Assembly: GCA_030704615.1 (NCBI GenBank)
Contig: CM060732.1
Location: forward strand, 69,564,001 to 69,628,000
DNA length: 64,000 bases
Source of the DNA: Takakia lepidozioides
Lineage: Eukaryota; Plantae; Bryophyta
Reading direction: 5' to 3'
Position 1 is the first letter of the stretch; each line of letters starts with the position of its first letter. The notes under the pieces were generated by a model. It saw nothing but the letters and a program-made list of their open reading frames with translations. It was not told the DNA's origin and did not search any database. A program made the position numbers and the translations under genes. Below, piece after piece: positions 25,901 through 38,680 of this stretch.

Positions 25901-28900
25901 TCTGCCTCAAACACTCCCATCTCCTTACGTTCCCAAGTATCAAGTATGCAAGAATCAAGAATTATTTGGGCAATGACTGGACCAGACACAATGATCGGAG
26001 ACTTAGCAGCAGTGCCTTGTAACCTCTTCATCTCATCCACCAATCCATTGTACATTAACTCCGCCCATGCGACATCCTCTCCCCTCAAAGCTTTCAAGAT
26101 CTCCTCTGTGAATGACCTACTCAAATACTGTTGGTTCTGTTTCATGGCAAACAGAACGTTCAGGATTTGGCCAACTTCCCTAAGCCCTGGGTACTCGGCT
26201 TTGGTACAAGCGTAGCCTTGAGTTTTAAAGAAACTCCCTTCTTGGAATAAATTCCATATCTGCAATCTTGCCCTGTGCTCATCCACATCCACATGTCCTG
26301 ATGGCAAATCAAACAATTGCTGCAGGTACTGGGGAGTAATTTCTATATCTACTCCCCTCACCTGAGTAACTCCCGTCCGAGGCTCAAAGTTCTGAAGAAA
26401 TTGTATCATGAACTGCCGATGATGCAAGGACCAGTCCTTGCGTAGCAATCCCTCCAATTGCAGCTCCTTCAGTAGCTGCACCGCCTGTGGTGTAGCAATC
26501 GTTTGCTTCTGTAAGATTGTGGTGCTCTTCACCCTGATATCCTCCATTCATCTCACTCTCTTCATTCTAGACAAACAGAAAGGTTTTGGTTGTAACAACT
26601 GAAGAAACGCCTGCAGGGCACAAAGCATAAAAGTATGGTTGGCGCAGAATGAAATGCGTAAGTGCTTGCCTGTGGGACTTGCAAGTATCGATTTAGATAA
26701 AATGTACTCTCCGTTCGTCCGTCCTTGTGCCACTGCGTAAGTAATAATGCGAGTGTGTAGTCTGTTATTTCCACCATAGCTTCAAAGCTATAGCTTTGAT
26801 TGTCTCTCCCGTCGAGACGCCCGTTACTTGGAACGACGCCGACTCTTGCGTTCAGAATCCCTCTAAATTCTTGATCTTGCTTCTTGGAAAATACCCTCTG
26901 CAGGTAATTCTAGCTTATGATTGGCTGTTGGTTCTGTGATTGATTTTGTAATTTAATTCCCTTCCGTGGATTTTCCCCCCTGGACTGTCCATTAGGATAG
27001 CCTATGTGACAAAGATTTCGCTTTTCTGTACTTGCAAAGGGTTCCGTTACCCTTTTCCTGTATGCATTAATGGGCCCACAATAAATTTCGGTTAATGTGT
27101 CGGGTAGGTACTTTGACGGCCAATTTTGTCTTCTTTCTTGATGACACTCATTCTTGTAATTCATGTCTGGCTGTGTGTCTCGCCCTGGCGTCCACGTGTC
27201 CATTTCTAAACCTGCCTCCGTCGGGTAGAAGCATGGTACGGGCCATCCAAAAGCGGCAACTTGCAGTCCATAAAAAATGGACATATGAAGTAGAAAACGC
27301 AGCACGCGGGAACGAAGTCGGAAAAAGTTGAATTTATTGTAGCCGTTGATTGTTTTTGTACATCAAGTTATTACCGTCGATTGGAGGTCGCCTTCATCGG
27401 GGGGTGGCTGAAGCGCGGGGACGACGAGCTACCATGTATGACACGCGATGCGCAACTAGAAGCTAGCTAGGACGTACGAGTTGATTGGGATTGGGAATGT
27501 GAAGAGATTGGGAAGAGATTGGGAATGTTTGATCACAAAAGTTTGCTTACCATTTTGTAAGATTTTTAGTGATTAGCTTGTGATTGTTTCATCAACTCTA
27601 CGCATGGGTGAAGTTCATTTTCATTTCTATGTTTCTATGGGCGCGCTTGGGTGGTGGTAGCAGAGGAAGCGGGCGATGCGAGCAGAGCTTATAAAGTGCA
27701 ACATTGTGTGTTGCTGCCATAGCAGCAGAGGCACGAGGGTAGAGGAGTAGAGGAGGAGCTTGGGTGGGGATGCTCGGGTGTGCCATCGCTGGAAAAGCAC
27801 TTGATTGTTGCCTGACTCTACCCTTGGTAAGTTTCGTTCAAGTTCGTGGCCAGTCGATTTGGTGTGCGGCATATCTGGAATTAGGTTCCTGCAAGCATGA
27901 ATGTTTCTATCGTAGCGCCTGGAAAGAGATGGCAGATTGCCATCCAAATGATGATCATGACTAGTAACTTTCCACTTGAACTCTACAAGTACGAGCCACC
28001 GCTGCGATCTTTCACGCCTGATTCTATACTTCTTGCATTGTGCATTTGAACACAGGTGGTTAATTGCCTTTCTTGAATCTTGACAGTGATGCCTGTTTTG
28101 TTTATCATTCTCTATGGTGTGTTCCTTGTTGGGTTGGTATTTCTCCATTTTTTTCCCTGCCCAGAGAAGGATATACTTACGTCTTGTTAGTGAGTCTAGT
28201 TGAGCTAATTTTTGGAGCTACCTGCTAGCAATTCATGTTGTAAAACCCTAAAAATTTAGGCTGCACAGTCATTCATACATGACAGTTTGTATGTGACCAT
28301 TACGGTGAGGGTACCTGCACGATGATTGATCACAAAAGTCTGCTTACTATTACCTTTGTGAGGGGCTCACTCCAGTAGTTGGAGCTACCTTGATATAAAC
28401 AATTGGTTGCATCAATCTGCTGTGTCTGAGCTACCTAGCAATTAGACCCCAACAGGGCCAAGGCCTTAGGCTCAGAATCGATACTTTGAAAGTTAGTGAA
28501 CAGAGGTGCAAGCACTATACGGTCCTGAAGAGGGTGGCTCTCTGATGAGAATACCCGGGACACTGTTTTAGAAAATGGGTATTGCCTTCAGCGCGCCCAC
28601 ACATCGAGCATTGACAATCTCCCTTTCCTATCTGCATGTGTTATTTGTTCAAGAATTGACCCCCCGCCCTGGGGTTAAATTGTAGTTTAATGCTGAGGAT
28701 AGGTAGGCCTTTCAGCCTAAGGTTCGCCCATGTCACAAACTGGAAACAAGTTCAGGGATGTTTATTCCTAACTTATTTTTGTTCAAGCATTATTCATGCT
28801 TCGGACGTGGCTTTAGACACTTCAGCCTCCAAGTGAGCTTCATCCAGCAGGGTCAGTTCTTCCTGCCCAAACTTCAGGTACTTGAAACATCTCCTCTACA

Positions 28901-30670
28901 TTTTTCTGCCATGACTTCAAACTGTTTAACAGGACGGTCTTGCTTCCAAGAAATAGAGTCTGTCATCTTAGGGTATCTGGTATTAGGCACTGAGCCCACC
29001 ATCTGACCTTGAACTAACTCATGACTTTGAGAGCTCGAGGGTGGTGCACCAAACTCGCCTTGAACAGCCGCATTAGCTATTGTAGAGCACGCTGACATGC
29101 TCTCTTTGAGCACCGAAAGCTGAATGGATTTTAAAGTTTTAGGCATGGTTGGAGTTGCTCTCCCACACGGCAATGCCTACTCCAAGGTCGGCCAACATGG
29201 TCGTTGTAACTTTAGTATTAATCCGTCTGCAGTGGAAACATTTGAGTGAGAATATCCAAAGCTTGTGTTTAGTTGTTTGACCTGTTTTGTGTATGTTCAT
29301 CATAGTTACAACTGGAGGAGAACTCCACAGCAAGATATGTGCTGGAAGGGAGCACACAATTGTGGCATTTAATGATCGTGGGGAGGGATGAGGGGATCTG
29401 GCCTAATCTGGCCTACCATGCAAACTTGTGAACTGTTGTCGCTGGCTGGTTTCAAGTGAGACTGCATGCCCTTTTTTGTCAAGTTGCATTTGTATATAGC
29501 TTGTACCAAGTGTGGTCGTTGTTATAAAAGGGACGGAATCAGCGAGGCAGGGGAAGAGTAGCAGATGTAGCATAGGTAGCTGAATGTAAAGTTTGTCACA
29601 CTGGTAGTGGGTACCAAGTCCAGTCTATTCAAACAGGTGAACAGACCCCTGAGTTTGTGTCACTTATCTTTGTTGTTATGACTTCAAACTACTCTCCAAC
29701 GAGCTACCCTTTTTGTGTTATAGTGAGGGGGGCAAGTGGATCCCATTTTTGGAGACCTGGACAGTAACCTATGTTATAGTGTGCAGAAGAAGGGCCCAAC
29801 AGTGTGATTGTTGATTGCCAAGGAATTTTGAGTGTCTGTGTTGAAAATGTTTGGTTTCTCTTGCTGCCATGTTAGTCCTTGAAGAATTTACATTTTTACT
29901 ATCCTCTGATTCCATCTGCTTGCCTGCATATGTTGTCGCATTTGTGGGGCTACTATTCAACAAGTTTCAGCTGTTTGTGCAGCTGATTTGCGGGATGGCA
30001 GGTGGCCTGCGATTCTCCCTCACGCTACCTCCCACCACATCTTGCAAAAGCATTACAGGTGTGGCACCCCCTTAGCTTTTGTGCAATCTGGTGTTCCCTA
30101 CTCATATTTTCACTTTTATTGCGTACCTCATAGCCTAGGTGGGGTAGAGGGGTAGAGTAGTCTCTTGTTGTTGTAGCACGTGACAACCCAGCTCATCCTT
30201 GCGTACCTAATTACCTAAACTGAACCATGACGCTAGATTGAAGGAACTTGTCCCTTCTGTCAATCATTGGTTGGGATCGAAGAGGAATATGGCAATGCAT
30301 ATCATCAATATGTGAATGTTGATTCTCTGAAACTTCACCATGTGGGGGAATATAGAATTTGGAAACGTGTGGAAAGCAGGTTTGTCATCTATGTGGATCA
30401 CTTGCACTTCTTGAAGGCTGCCACTTGCGTTAACCAGAGACGATCCAGACTTGGCCTCTGATTGAAAAGGTAATTTCATGTCAGAATTAGGTAGTATGGT
30501 TGTCATGAAGCTGGAAATATCAGTAGTGTATAGGGTTTGTTGGTTTGTTGGTTCTCATGAAGCTGGAAATGTTGGTAGGGTGTTGGTTTGTAGCTCCATC
30601 CTTGCCCCCTCATGTTGCTGTCTCCGTACATAACCAACCTGGAGTTGTAAAAAACTAGTTTAATGGGAAT

Positions 30671-33600
30671 GTGGGGCTGGGAGTATGTAGGGCACTCAGA
30701 AAGCGGTTCAAAACAATGGTGCAGTCGGGGAGTAAGTTACAGAATTCACCTACGAATGGGAAGAGTTCCAATGCAGCATCTGAAGATACTATGGGCGAAA
30801 GAGGGGGGCACAAATCAGCAGATTACTTCAGGGATGTCCTCAAGCTGAATGCGACAGGCAAGAATCCCAAACAACTTCTCTTAGACAAAGACATCACCAA
30901 AGAACAATGTGCAAAGTTGTTTGGACAACCTGCAAACAAGAATGGCTACTTTTACATGGGTTGTACTGACAAGAGTATGATTCCCAAAATCGAGGACCTG
31001 TGGAGTAAGGTTCATGGGTATGATTGTAAGCCAACCGGTGGTATCATTGCAAACTTGATGGCAAGGGGCATTGTCTATGAAAAAAGGACTGGACAAAAAC
31101 TCAATTGGGCAGCATACGCGGCATGGACAGCTAACCAACAAGAAAGAATGAAGGAGCATCGAGAAGCAAAGGACCCTGGCAGCACAGACAGTAAGCCAAA
31201 GCTAGGAGTTTGTGAATTGAAAGACAGGCTACGCAAAACCCTAGGTAGAGGCAAAGAAGGACTGAAACAAACGCCTGAGCAAGTGATTGCAGAGATGGAA
31301 AGGAAAAAACATGAGCAAGAGTATGTGGCAACTGCCCTAGCGAGTCTTCAGGAACTACATGATTTGAAGTATGAGGAGATGTGTGGGGCAAAGGAAGAGT
31401 TGGAGAGGTTAAAGAAGGGGAAGTTGGACTTGATGGAGAAGACGCGGACTATTCGGGTGCAAATGGAAGACAGACAATGGTGTCTTGCAGAGTGTCGGAA
31501 CAAGATTGCAGACCTAGAGGCCAAACTCTCCCACGAGGGTGCCACAATCCGAGCCGGGGAAGAGACCTTAATGCAAAAAGAGGAAGAGAGTGTTGGGTTA
31601 CTGAATTGTGGAAAGGGAAGACAGTCTGAGATGCAAAGGGAACTTGACCAAAAGAAATCAATTGAAGCAGAATTTTGGCTCAATGCTGATAAGACCGAAA
31701 AAGAGTTCAATGCTTTGTGTGATGCAGGGGACCAGGAAGACAAGGACATTAGAGTGGCAGAGAATGTGGTCGATGTTGCTGACACAAAGAGGAGTCTTAT
31801 CCAAGATCAGATTGAGGCCTTGACAAATGGGGACAAAGGACTCGCCATCTATCCTATGCCTATATGTCATCCTCAAGTGATCAAAGATAGTACGTCCATC
31901 AAGGATTTCCTGAAGGTCTCTCCTTGCCCTGTTTGCCACAAAGGTTTCCACTGTTGGGACATGGTGGTGGCATCTTGTAAGCACACTTACCATCCTGCTT
32001 GTATGGCATCCCATATGAAGACGTCAAGCAGGTGTAGGGACTTCAGCTGTTCAGAGATCATGCATCCTGATTGGTGTTCTAGTTTTGGGTTTAGGATTCT
32101 TGATCCAGAGGTGCAGGCACTTGCGGAAAAGCTGAGAGTCGTTGAGTTGCGCCAAAGGTGGATGTCAAAGCAACTTCACGAAGCCAGGGTTAGAAACGCC
32201 CAAGTTCCAGGTAAGATTGATTGCAACATTTCCATGTTTTCTTCTTCAGAAAACTTGTGTGGTCCAAGGCTGTACCTCTTCATGTCCAATCCTCAGGACT
32301 GTAGTCCCAAGATTGGACCTTCAACCCCTTCAACTGACTATGAGTCTGAATGTGGGACTGCAAATGTTATTATTTGTCCTTTTAGTGGAGTGAATCCTTA
32401 CTGGGGAGTCCTTATTGAGGAGTGTCATTCTTAACTAGAATTCTGAGTCTTCAGTCATGTGGAGTGTGAGTCCAAGTGCTGACTCATGTGGAGTATGAGT
32501 CGATGTGTTTAGTCATGGGGAGTGTGAGTCCACTTGCTGACTAATTACTGGGAGTATGAGTCCTTAATGATTTCCACTGATTTCCAGTTTGGAATCAGAG
32601 TCTTGTGGAGGGTCAGTCCATGTGCTTAATCATGTGGAGTGTGAGTCCAACTGCAAAATAATGGATGTGGAATGCGAGTCCTTATTGAGGAGCTTGCTTC
32701 TCAACTTGGAATCTGAGTCATGGCCTAGATGGAGTGTGAGTCCTAATTAGGGAGTGTGAATCTTGCTTGTAGTCCCACCATCAGCTGCATAGAACTTGGA
32801 AGTCTAATATGGGGGACAAAAAGTCCATTATGATGGAATGTGCACTCCCCACATAATTATTGTAGTCCAACTGTTGGCCAATGGTAAGGACTACAATGAC
32901 TTGTCTGGACTCAAATTACAGTTAATGTTGTATTGGTAGACAGTAGGCACCAAGTGATCCAACAGCCTTCTCAAACCAGTTGTAATGGTGTAGGTGTGAT
33001 AGCAGATGATGGCTTCATTGATGCCAACAAACGAAGACCAGGACCTCCATCTCAGGCCACCACCAACTATAGCGCATTCACCACCAACTACAGTGGAGGC
33101 CAAAGTGGACATGGTGGTAGTGTTGTGAACCAAAACTTCCCTCGAACTCCAAGCTCGTCAACTCTTCAAATGTCACCTTTGGGGCTGTCGCGGCCGGGGA
33201 TCGTTGCACCAATTGTTGGTGATCCGTTGAACCCTGAGGTTGATGTCACACCTGATACCATCATGCAAGCGGTTTCAGCTTCAGGAAAGGGTCATGTCAA
33301 GAAGTTCTTCATTCCTGGTTCTCCACCATAAAAGATTCCTGGATCTCCACTGCTGGCTGCATTTGTTCCAGAGATTGTCACGACACATACGCTACAAAGT
33401 ACACATGAAGATGTTGTGGACTTGACAATCCCATCCACTGTTGTTCCTCCTTATGTGGATGTGAAGGTTGAAAGAGATGGTGCCCAAAATACTGGACATG
33501 TGGCAACCCTCTCATCAGACTCAGAATTGGGGTCACAGGGATTTGAAATTGATGTTGGGGCCGACTCCCAGTCTGATTCTGATACAGTTGTGTTGCACAG

Positions 33601-34270
33601 TACCATAGGTGGAGGCCCCTCACAAGTTTCAGATCCTATATTTCATGTCACTCCACCAGTTGCTACCTCCCTTGTTGCTCCGCCAATATCCATTCCCGTA
33701 GTTCCAGCTCAATTGGATGGTGGTTCTCCATTACCTATGGTAGTATATGTACCTCATGCCTTAGCGACAACCCCTCCTGTTCTTGGACCAGTGTTGAACC
33801 CCCCAGCTGCAGCCCTTGTCAGTCCACATGTTCAGGCAACAGGGAAGCGTAAACGAGAACGAAAGAGATCTCGCAAGGCATTGAGTGCAGAGTATGCAAA
33901 GAAGCCCACCACTAGGGCGGATTCTAAGGTATCAATTGACAAGGATATGGACAAGTGCCTAGGTAAAAGTACCCCCTCATCAAAGAGAGTTGTCGTGCAC
34001 AAGCCCTTGGATACGAATGAAGACAATGATCTGAGCCACCATGATAAGAGTAACTCAATCCCACGGGACGGCGTTGTGAAGGCCGCTCGGGGCCCTATTG
34101 TGAAGTCAATGAACACCGTGAAGAATCCTCCCAACTTGACCACTCAGGGGCCTGTTGTCAAGTCCCTTAATACTGTCAAGACCCCACCTAACTTGAAGAT
34201 GGATGCAGGTTCTTCTGGTGCAGGCCCTAAGAAGAAGAAAAGAAAACATCAGAGTTCCAACCGGTCAGGT
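30671..34270 (+). CDS. Probable TE-borne gene: PMD/Transposase_32-like N-terminal motif, coiled coil, RING finger, then low-complexity exons with basic NLS-like patches
   Basis: 587-aa ORF with KNGYF...LNWAAYAAW, an E/K-rich coiled coil and CPVC...SCKHTYHPAC...CRDFSC. Donor CAG|GTAAG at ~32210; downstream fragments 32933-33331 and 33416-34321. Exon structure and integrity are uncertain. Confidence 0.6.
32380..32770. repeat. Intronic array of ~12 GGAGT(G/A)TGAGTC motifs
   Basis: Copies at about 32461, 32490, 32519, 32551, 32637, 32669, 32731, 32751, plus degenerate ones; ~30 bp spacing. Confidence 0.75.
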
Positions 34271-35041
34271 CGTACCCCTTATAGATACTTCTGCAGCTGT
34301 CCGCGGGGATTCCACAACTAGGTACAAGCTGAGTACTGTACACTTATGCTTTTATCACTAATGTTAGAATAACTCTTGGTTGTTATTTTTCCAATTCATG
34401 CTCAAGTTTCTGATGCAATTTAACTCCTCTATGCATGATATATAGGACATACATCTGGTATACGTCTAGTGCTGAATTATGAGACAGAAGTATAGTAAGA
34501 TCTTGAGCATTGTGGGTGGCAATGCAGGGCATGTGATTAGCAAACCGCCCCTATGAGGACTTTACCACTCGCTACTGTCATTGTGGGGACAGGTCTCGTC
34601 TCTTCATCAGTACTTGTTCATTTATGACATGGCCACTTTGGGAGGCAGGCACCAAGCAAAGGCTAGTCTTTCATCGATGGGGTAGAGGTTGGTGCCACGA
34701 TATGTCAATGTTGAGCAGTTTAGAACTGGAAGAGGATGTGTTAGTTGTTACCATTAGGTGCCCAGCCAAGTCATGTGATGTAGATTTGCCCTTGTGGTTT
34801 CTCGAGTAGCTCACAATGGACACATGACATGGATTGAGGGCATGCACATTACTGTTCTTTGTTCATTTTCTGCTCATAGGTATGCTGTACATGTTTGAGT
34901 AAGGCAGCAATATCATGACAGTGGTTTTTGAAAACAATGCACTCTATTTTGCTATTTGTTTTTTATAGGAATTGCTAGAATACCTTTGTGCAGGCAGTCT
35001 ACTGTCATTCATTCTATGTGAGAAAGATGGCTTTGAAAGGC

Positions 35042-35999
35042 TGTTAGAGGACTGTCTGGGACTTAGACACTTTTACGGGATCTGTGGGGTACCCTTAATT
35101 TTTGCACAAACTGAGACCAACAGGAGCCTTAGGGGTGACAGCAGCACACTTTAGAGAGGGTTGTACACAGCCGTCACAGCCAACACAGCCCGACACAGCA
35201 ACACAGCTTCGCACAGCCCGACACAGCCCGACACAGCAACACAGCCAGTCACAGCCCGACATAGCCCGACACAGCCACACAGCCAGTCACAGCCCGTCAC
35301 AGTTTCACACAGCCAGTCACAGCTTGACACAGCTGTCACGACCATAGGGAACGGATAGCAAGACAGGGAACGACTGAGGGGAACAACATCTATGAATGGA
35401 ACATGTAGTTCAAGGGTGACGGTTAGTGAGGGAAACGGTTAGAACAACGGGTAGGAAAATAAAGCGAGGAGCGAGGACAGGAGGCGGGGGACTTCTTGAC
35501 ATGACGGGGCGAGGGGACTTCGGACAGCACGGGGGGGGGAAATGAGGCAGAGAGCGTATCTCTGAGCAGAAAGAGGGAGAGCACGGAGTAGGAGAAGTGA
35601 CGATCTGTTGTTACTTGATGAATGCAAGCTATAGAATTGTAATGTAGAGTAGATTAGAGACACCATGGCTTCAGCCTGATACTTGATAGATATTAATCTG
35701 ATACACACTTCATACTCACACTGTGTAGAGAGATCTGAGTGAAGCTGTGGAATGAATGGATGAGTTGATGGAATCCGATAGATTGATGAAGCAAACTGAT
35801 ACTTAATTATCAATAGTAAGGTAGCTAGCTAACATGAATGCGGAAAGGAAAACAAATAGGAAACACCCCCATGATACACTAGCTGTAGGTCATGACTGAT
35901 TGTTCTAAGCGGGCTGAGTACTTAGAGATTTCCAACTCTTCTATCTTGGAGTTTCCGCCTCGGATAGCGAAGGGATGGGTGAGTAAAAACCACGCGACA
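35042..35999 (+). repeat. 5' LTR
   Basis: tgttagagg...cgcgaca; near-identical to 61120-62121; contains CACAGCC 10-bp repeats (~35165-35340). Confidence 0.96.
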
Positions 36000-37176
36000 T
36001 TTGGCGACCATACTGGGGAATTGAGTCATGAACAACCAGATGTGACAGGCATCTGGTGGGATCATGGTGGTTGGACCATTAAAGAATTTGAAGTGAATCA
36101 AATTCCCTGTGGAACGAAGGAAGAAAGATTGTCCAAACAATTCTTTCAAAGGTTCTTGGAATTGCCAGACGGTTGTAAAGAAAATATTCTTAAGCGAGTG
36201 CATGATGCTAATCCGGAATGGGGTCTGGAGAAAGGAGTGATAAAGATTTATCAGATAGCCTGTAGAGGAAGAGCACGGTGGTTACCAACATTGGTTTATG
36301 TGATAGCCTTACTATCCATTAAGCGAGTAGAGTTTGAAGGCTGGGAGGAAAGAAAAGTGAATGTTTATACTCATATGCATGAAGAGCTTGTACTGGTAAA
36401 GAATTGGATTCCAAAGGATATTTTGTGGATCAAACTCACACCAAGAACAACTTTCCAGACTTGTTTGCCATATGGTTATATGGTAACGGAGACTTCAAGT
36501 ATAGCCAAGGGTGCATTGAAGCTTGAAAGAAACCCAGGCATTTACGAGAGATATTACAGAAGAGAGTTTTGGTTATTGCCACATTAAAAAGAAATGAAAG
36601 ACATGGGACATGAGTGATGAAAGAGAAGCTAGACGCCAGAGATATTCAGCAAAAAGAGAAAGCTATCTGAAAGCTAATTATCCATATCTTTGGGAGAGAG
36701 GAATAGACATAGGGGAATCATCTGGACCTCTCACACCATTAAGATCAAAGAGTACATCACCCATACCGGAAGAACTAGAGTTGGATGCCACTCCTTCTGT
36801 TTCTTTGCAAGAAAGATTAAGGGAATTGGTACGGAAAGAAGATCAATCACAAGGTGAAAGATCTGAGGTACATCCCTGGATAAAAGATTTGACAGAAATC
36901 TTTGATAAGAGTTGGCATGGAACACCAAAAGCAGGAACTCCAGTTTCTGAAGCGGAAGGTGAAGAAGGAGGAGAGGATGTGGCAGAGCCAACGGAGAGTT
37001 CAGACTCTCCAACACCATTGCAGTTGAGTTACATGAGTGAAGAAGAAACCCAAGGACAGAACTTGGAGGATGAAAACAGGGAGAAGAAATTGGAAGAGGA
37101 AGAGTATGAAGAAATAGACCCAACAGCTGGGGTTGAGACTACAACCAGGACATCCCAACCCGTTGGACCTGGATGA
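36000..37176 (+). CDS. Extra ORF(s) upstream of gag (open frames 35892-36587 and 36610-37176), unknown function
   Basis: Two stop-free frames of 231 and 188 aa between PBS and gag; the second is acidic and may be a frameshifted gag N-terminus. Confidence 0.5.
36002..36019 (+). other. Primer-binding site, tRNA-Arg-like (TGGCGACCATACTGGGGA)
   Basis: Begins TGG two bases after the LTR; resembles the TGGCGAC.. Arg-type PBS of Ogre/Tat-like elements. The tRNA identity is inferred. Confidence 0.75.
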
Positions 37177-37440
37177 AGCGGAGCACTTGGATCACAGGCC
37201 AACGAAGGTGTCGGCTCAGGGGGATCAGGCGGGCGGCCTGGATCTGGCTCTGGGGGGACAGGGAGTGTGGGAAGTAGTGCAACTGAAGCTGGGAATACTG
37301 TGAATATCGTGGGGCCAGTAGCAGGGAGTGCTCAAGGGCCACCACTTGGTGGAAGATCCACCACAAAAACAACAGGTCCAGAAGGACCAGCACCAGCAAG
37401 GGTGCTAGCACGTGTCAGTGGGCAGAAGGTAGGGCCACAG

Positions 37441-38680
37441 ATGGCGTTACAACCAACACGGGCAAAACCACCCTTTCCAATATATTCAGGAAAAGGGGAT
37501 CCCGATGTACACATTAGCCAATTTGAGCACATGTATATAGTGAACAATGAGAATGGCGATGATGCCAAGATGAGATTGTTTCCTTGTTCACTTATCAAGA
37601 AAGCAAATGAATGGTATGTAAGATTCTCTGATAATCATTTCCTAACCTGGAATGGCTTGAATACAACATTTCGAAATAGGTTCAGGACAAGTAAAACTGA
37701 GGATGAAGTGTATGGAAGTTTACAACAGTTAAAGCAAAAGAAGCATGAAACTGTTGAGGAGTATATGGAAAAGATGGAATTGATGATGAAAAAGCTGGCT
37801 GCAGTACCAGCACCCGGTTTACAGAAGACTTGGTTTGTGAGTGGACTAAGACCAGAGTTGCAAAAGAAAGTGGATATGTTACCCCATAATACAGTGGAGG
37901 AGGCATTTGAAACTGCAAACAGAATTGAGCAATTGGGAATGCTCAGGAGAGAGAAAAGGGATGATGAAGACTCTGAGGATGAGTCAGATGAAGAAGAAGA
38001 GCAAGAACTAAAAAGGAAGAGTAAGAGAAGGAGAAGTTGAAGAGGGATAACTATGAAAAAAGATTGGAAGAAATCTTGAAGAAGTATGCCACAGAGGCTG
38101 CAACACATTGGAGGAAGGGTGTATGGTGTGCAAAGTGCCAGAATGAAGGCCATACCACCACAGAATGCCACATGAAGGAGAAACACTGTACTATCTGTAA
38201 AATGGATAACCATTCTACTGAGAATTGTTACTACAACAGAAGGACAGCTGCAAGAGAACCTAGGCAAGTAAGGGTGCATCAGGTGCAGCCCCAGCCAAGA
38301 AGAAACAATGATCAGGACCACTATGGTAGGTCTGGTGGTTATAACAATGGCATGGAAGGGAGAGGTAATTCAAGAGGAAATTACCAAGGAAATTCCAGAG
38401 GCAACTATCAGGGTAATCCAAGGGGGAATTACCAGCCCGGGAATCAGGATTACAGAAATAATCCAAGAACAGACCAAGGGCGAGGACCCAATGGTGAAGA
38501 ACTATGTTACTATTGTAATCAGCCAGGACATCGCAGGGCAGCCTGTTCATTCTGGATAAGACACCAGAATGAGATGAGAGCTCCTGTGAATGAGGGCCCA
38601 GTGGTGGCAGCTCACATGGTTAGGCCATGTGTTGTACCAGAAGTAAGTACAATGATAGTAACCAGAAGCAAAGCCAAACT
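37441..38680 (+). pseudogene. gag: gag (retrotransposon gag domain, three CCHC zinc knuckles), frameshifted
   Basis: YSGKGDPDVHISQFE...LKQKKHETVEEY...FVSGLRPEL; knuckles CAKCQNEGHTTTEC, CTICKMDNHSTENC, CYYCNQPGHRRAAC; frameshift at ~38037. Confidence 0.9.

Larger units (their letters stand above)
15961..26547 (-). pseudogene. Retroelement 3' accessory ORF (Transposase_32/plant-mobile-domain-like N-terminus plus coiled coil), split by MULE at 16610-23748
   Basis: FMIQFLQNFEPRTGVTQVRGVDIEITPQYLQQLFDLPSG...GEDVAWAELMYNGL, coiled-coil fragments; collinear with the copy at 43842-60928; several stops. Confidence 0.7.
14925..27280 (-). mobile_element. Truncated Ty3/Gypsy retrotransposon (3' LTR plus 3' accessory region only), related to 35042-62121
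   Basis: LTR 14925-15928, PPT at 15931-15946 and accessory ORF fragments collinear with 43200-45170 plus 58868-61119. No gag-pol or 5' LTR in the window; the right boundary is approximate. Confidence 0.85.

Noticed and set aside
14925-27280. Simple inverted segmental duplication or assembly artefact of 43200-62121
   Set aside because: MULE insertion sites and TSDs differ, and the host retroelements are visibly more diverged than the MULE copies.
27300-30650. Genes or element termini in this interval
   Set aside because: Only short unrelated ORFs; no TIR or TSD could be defined by eye.
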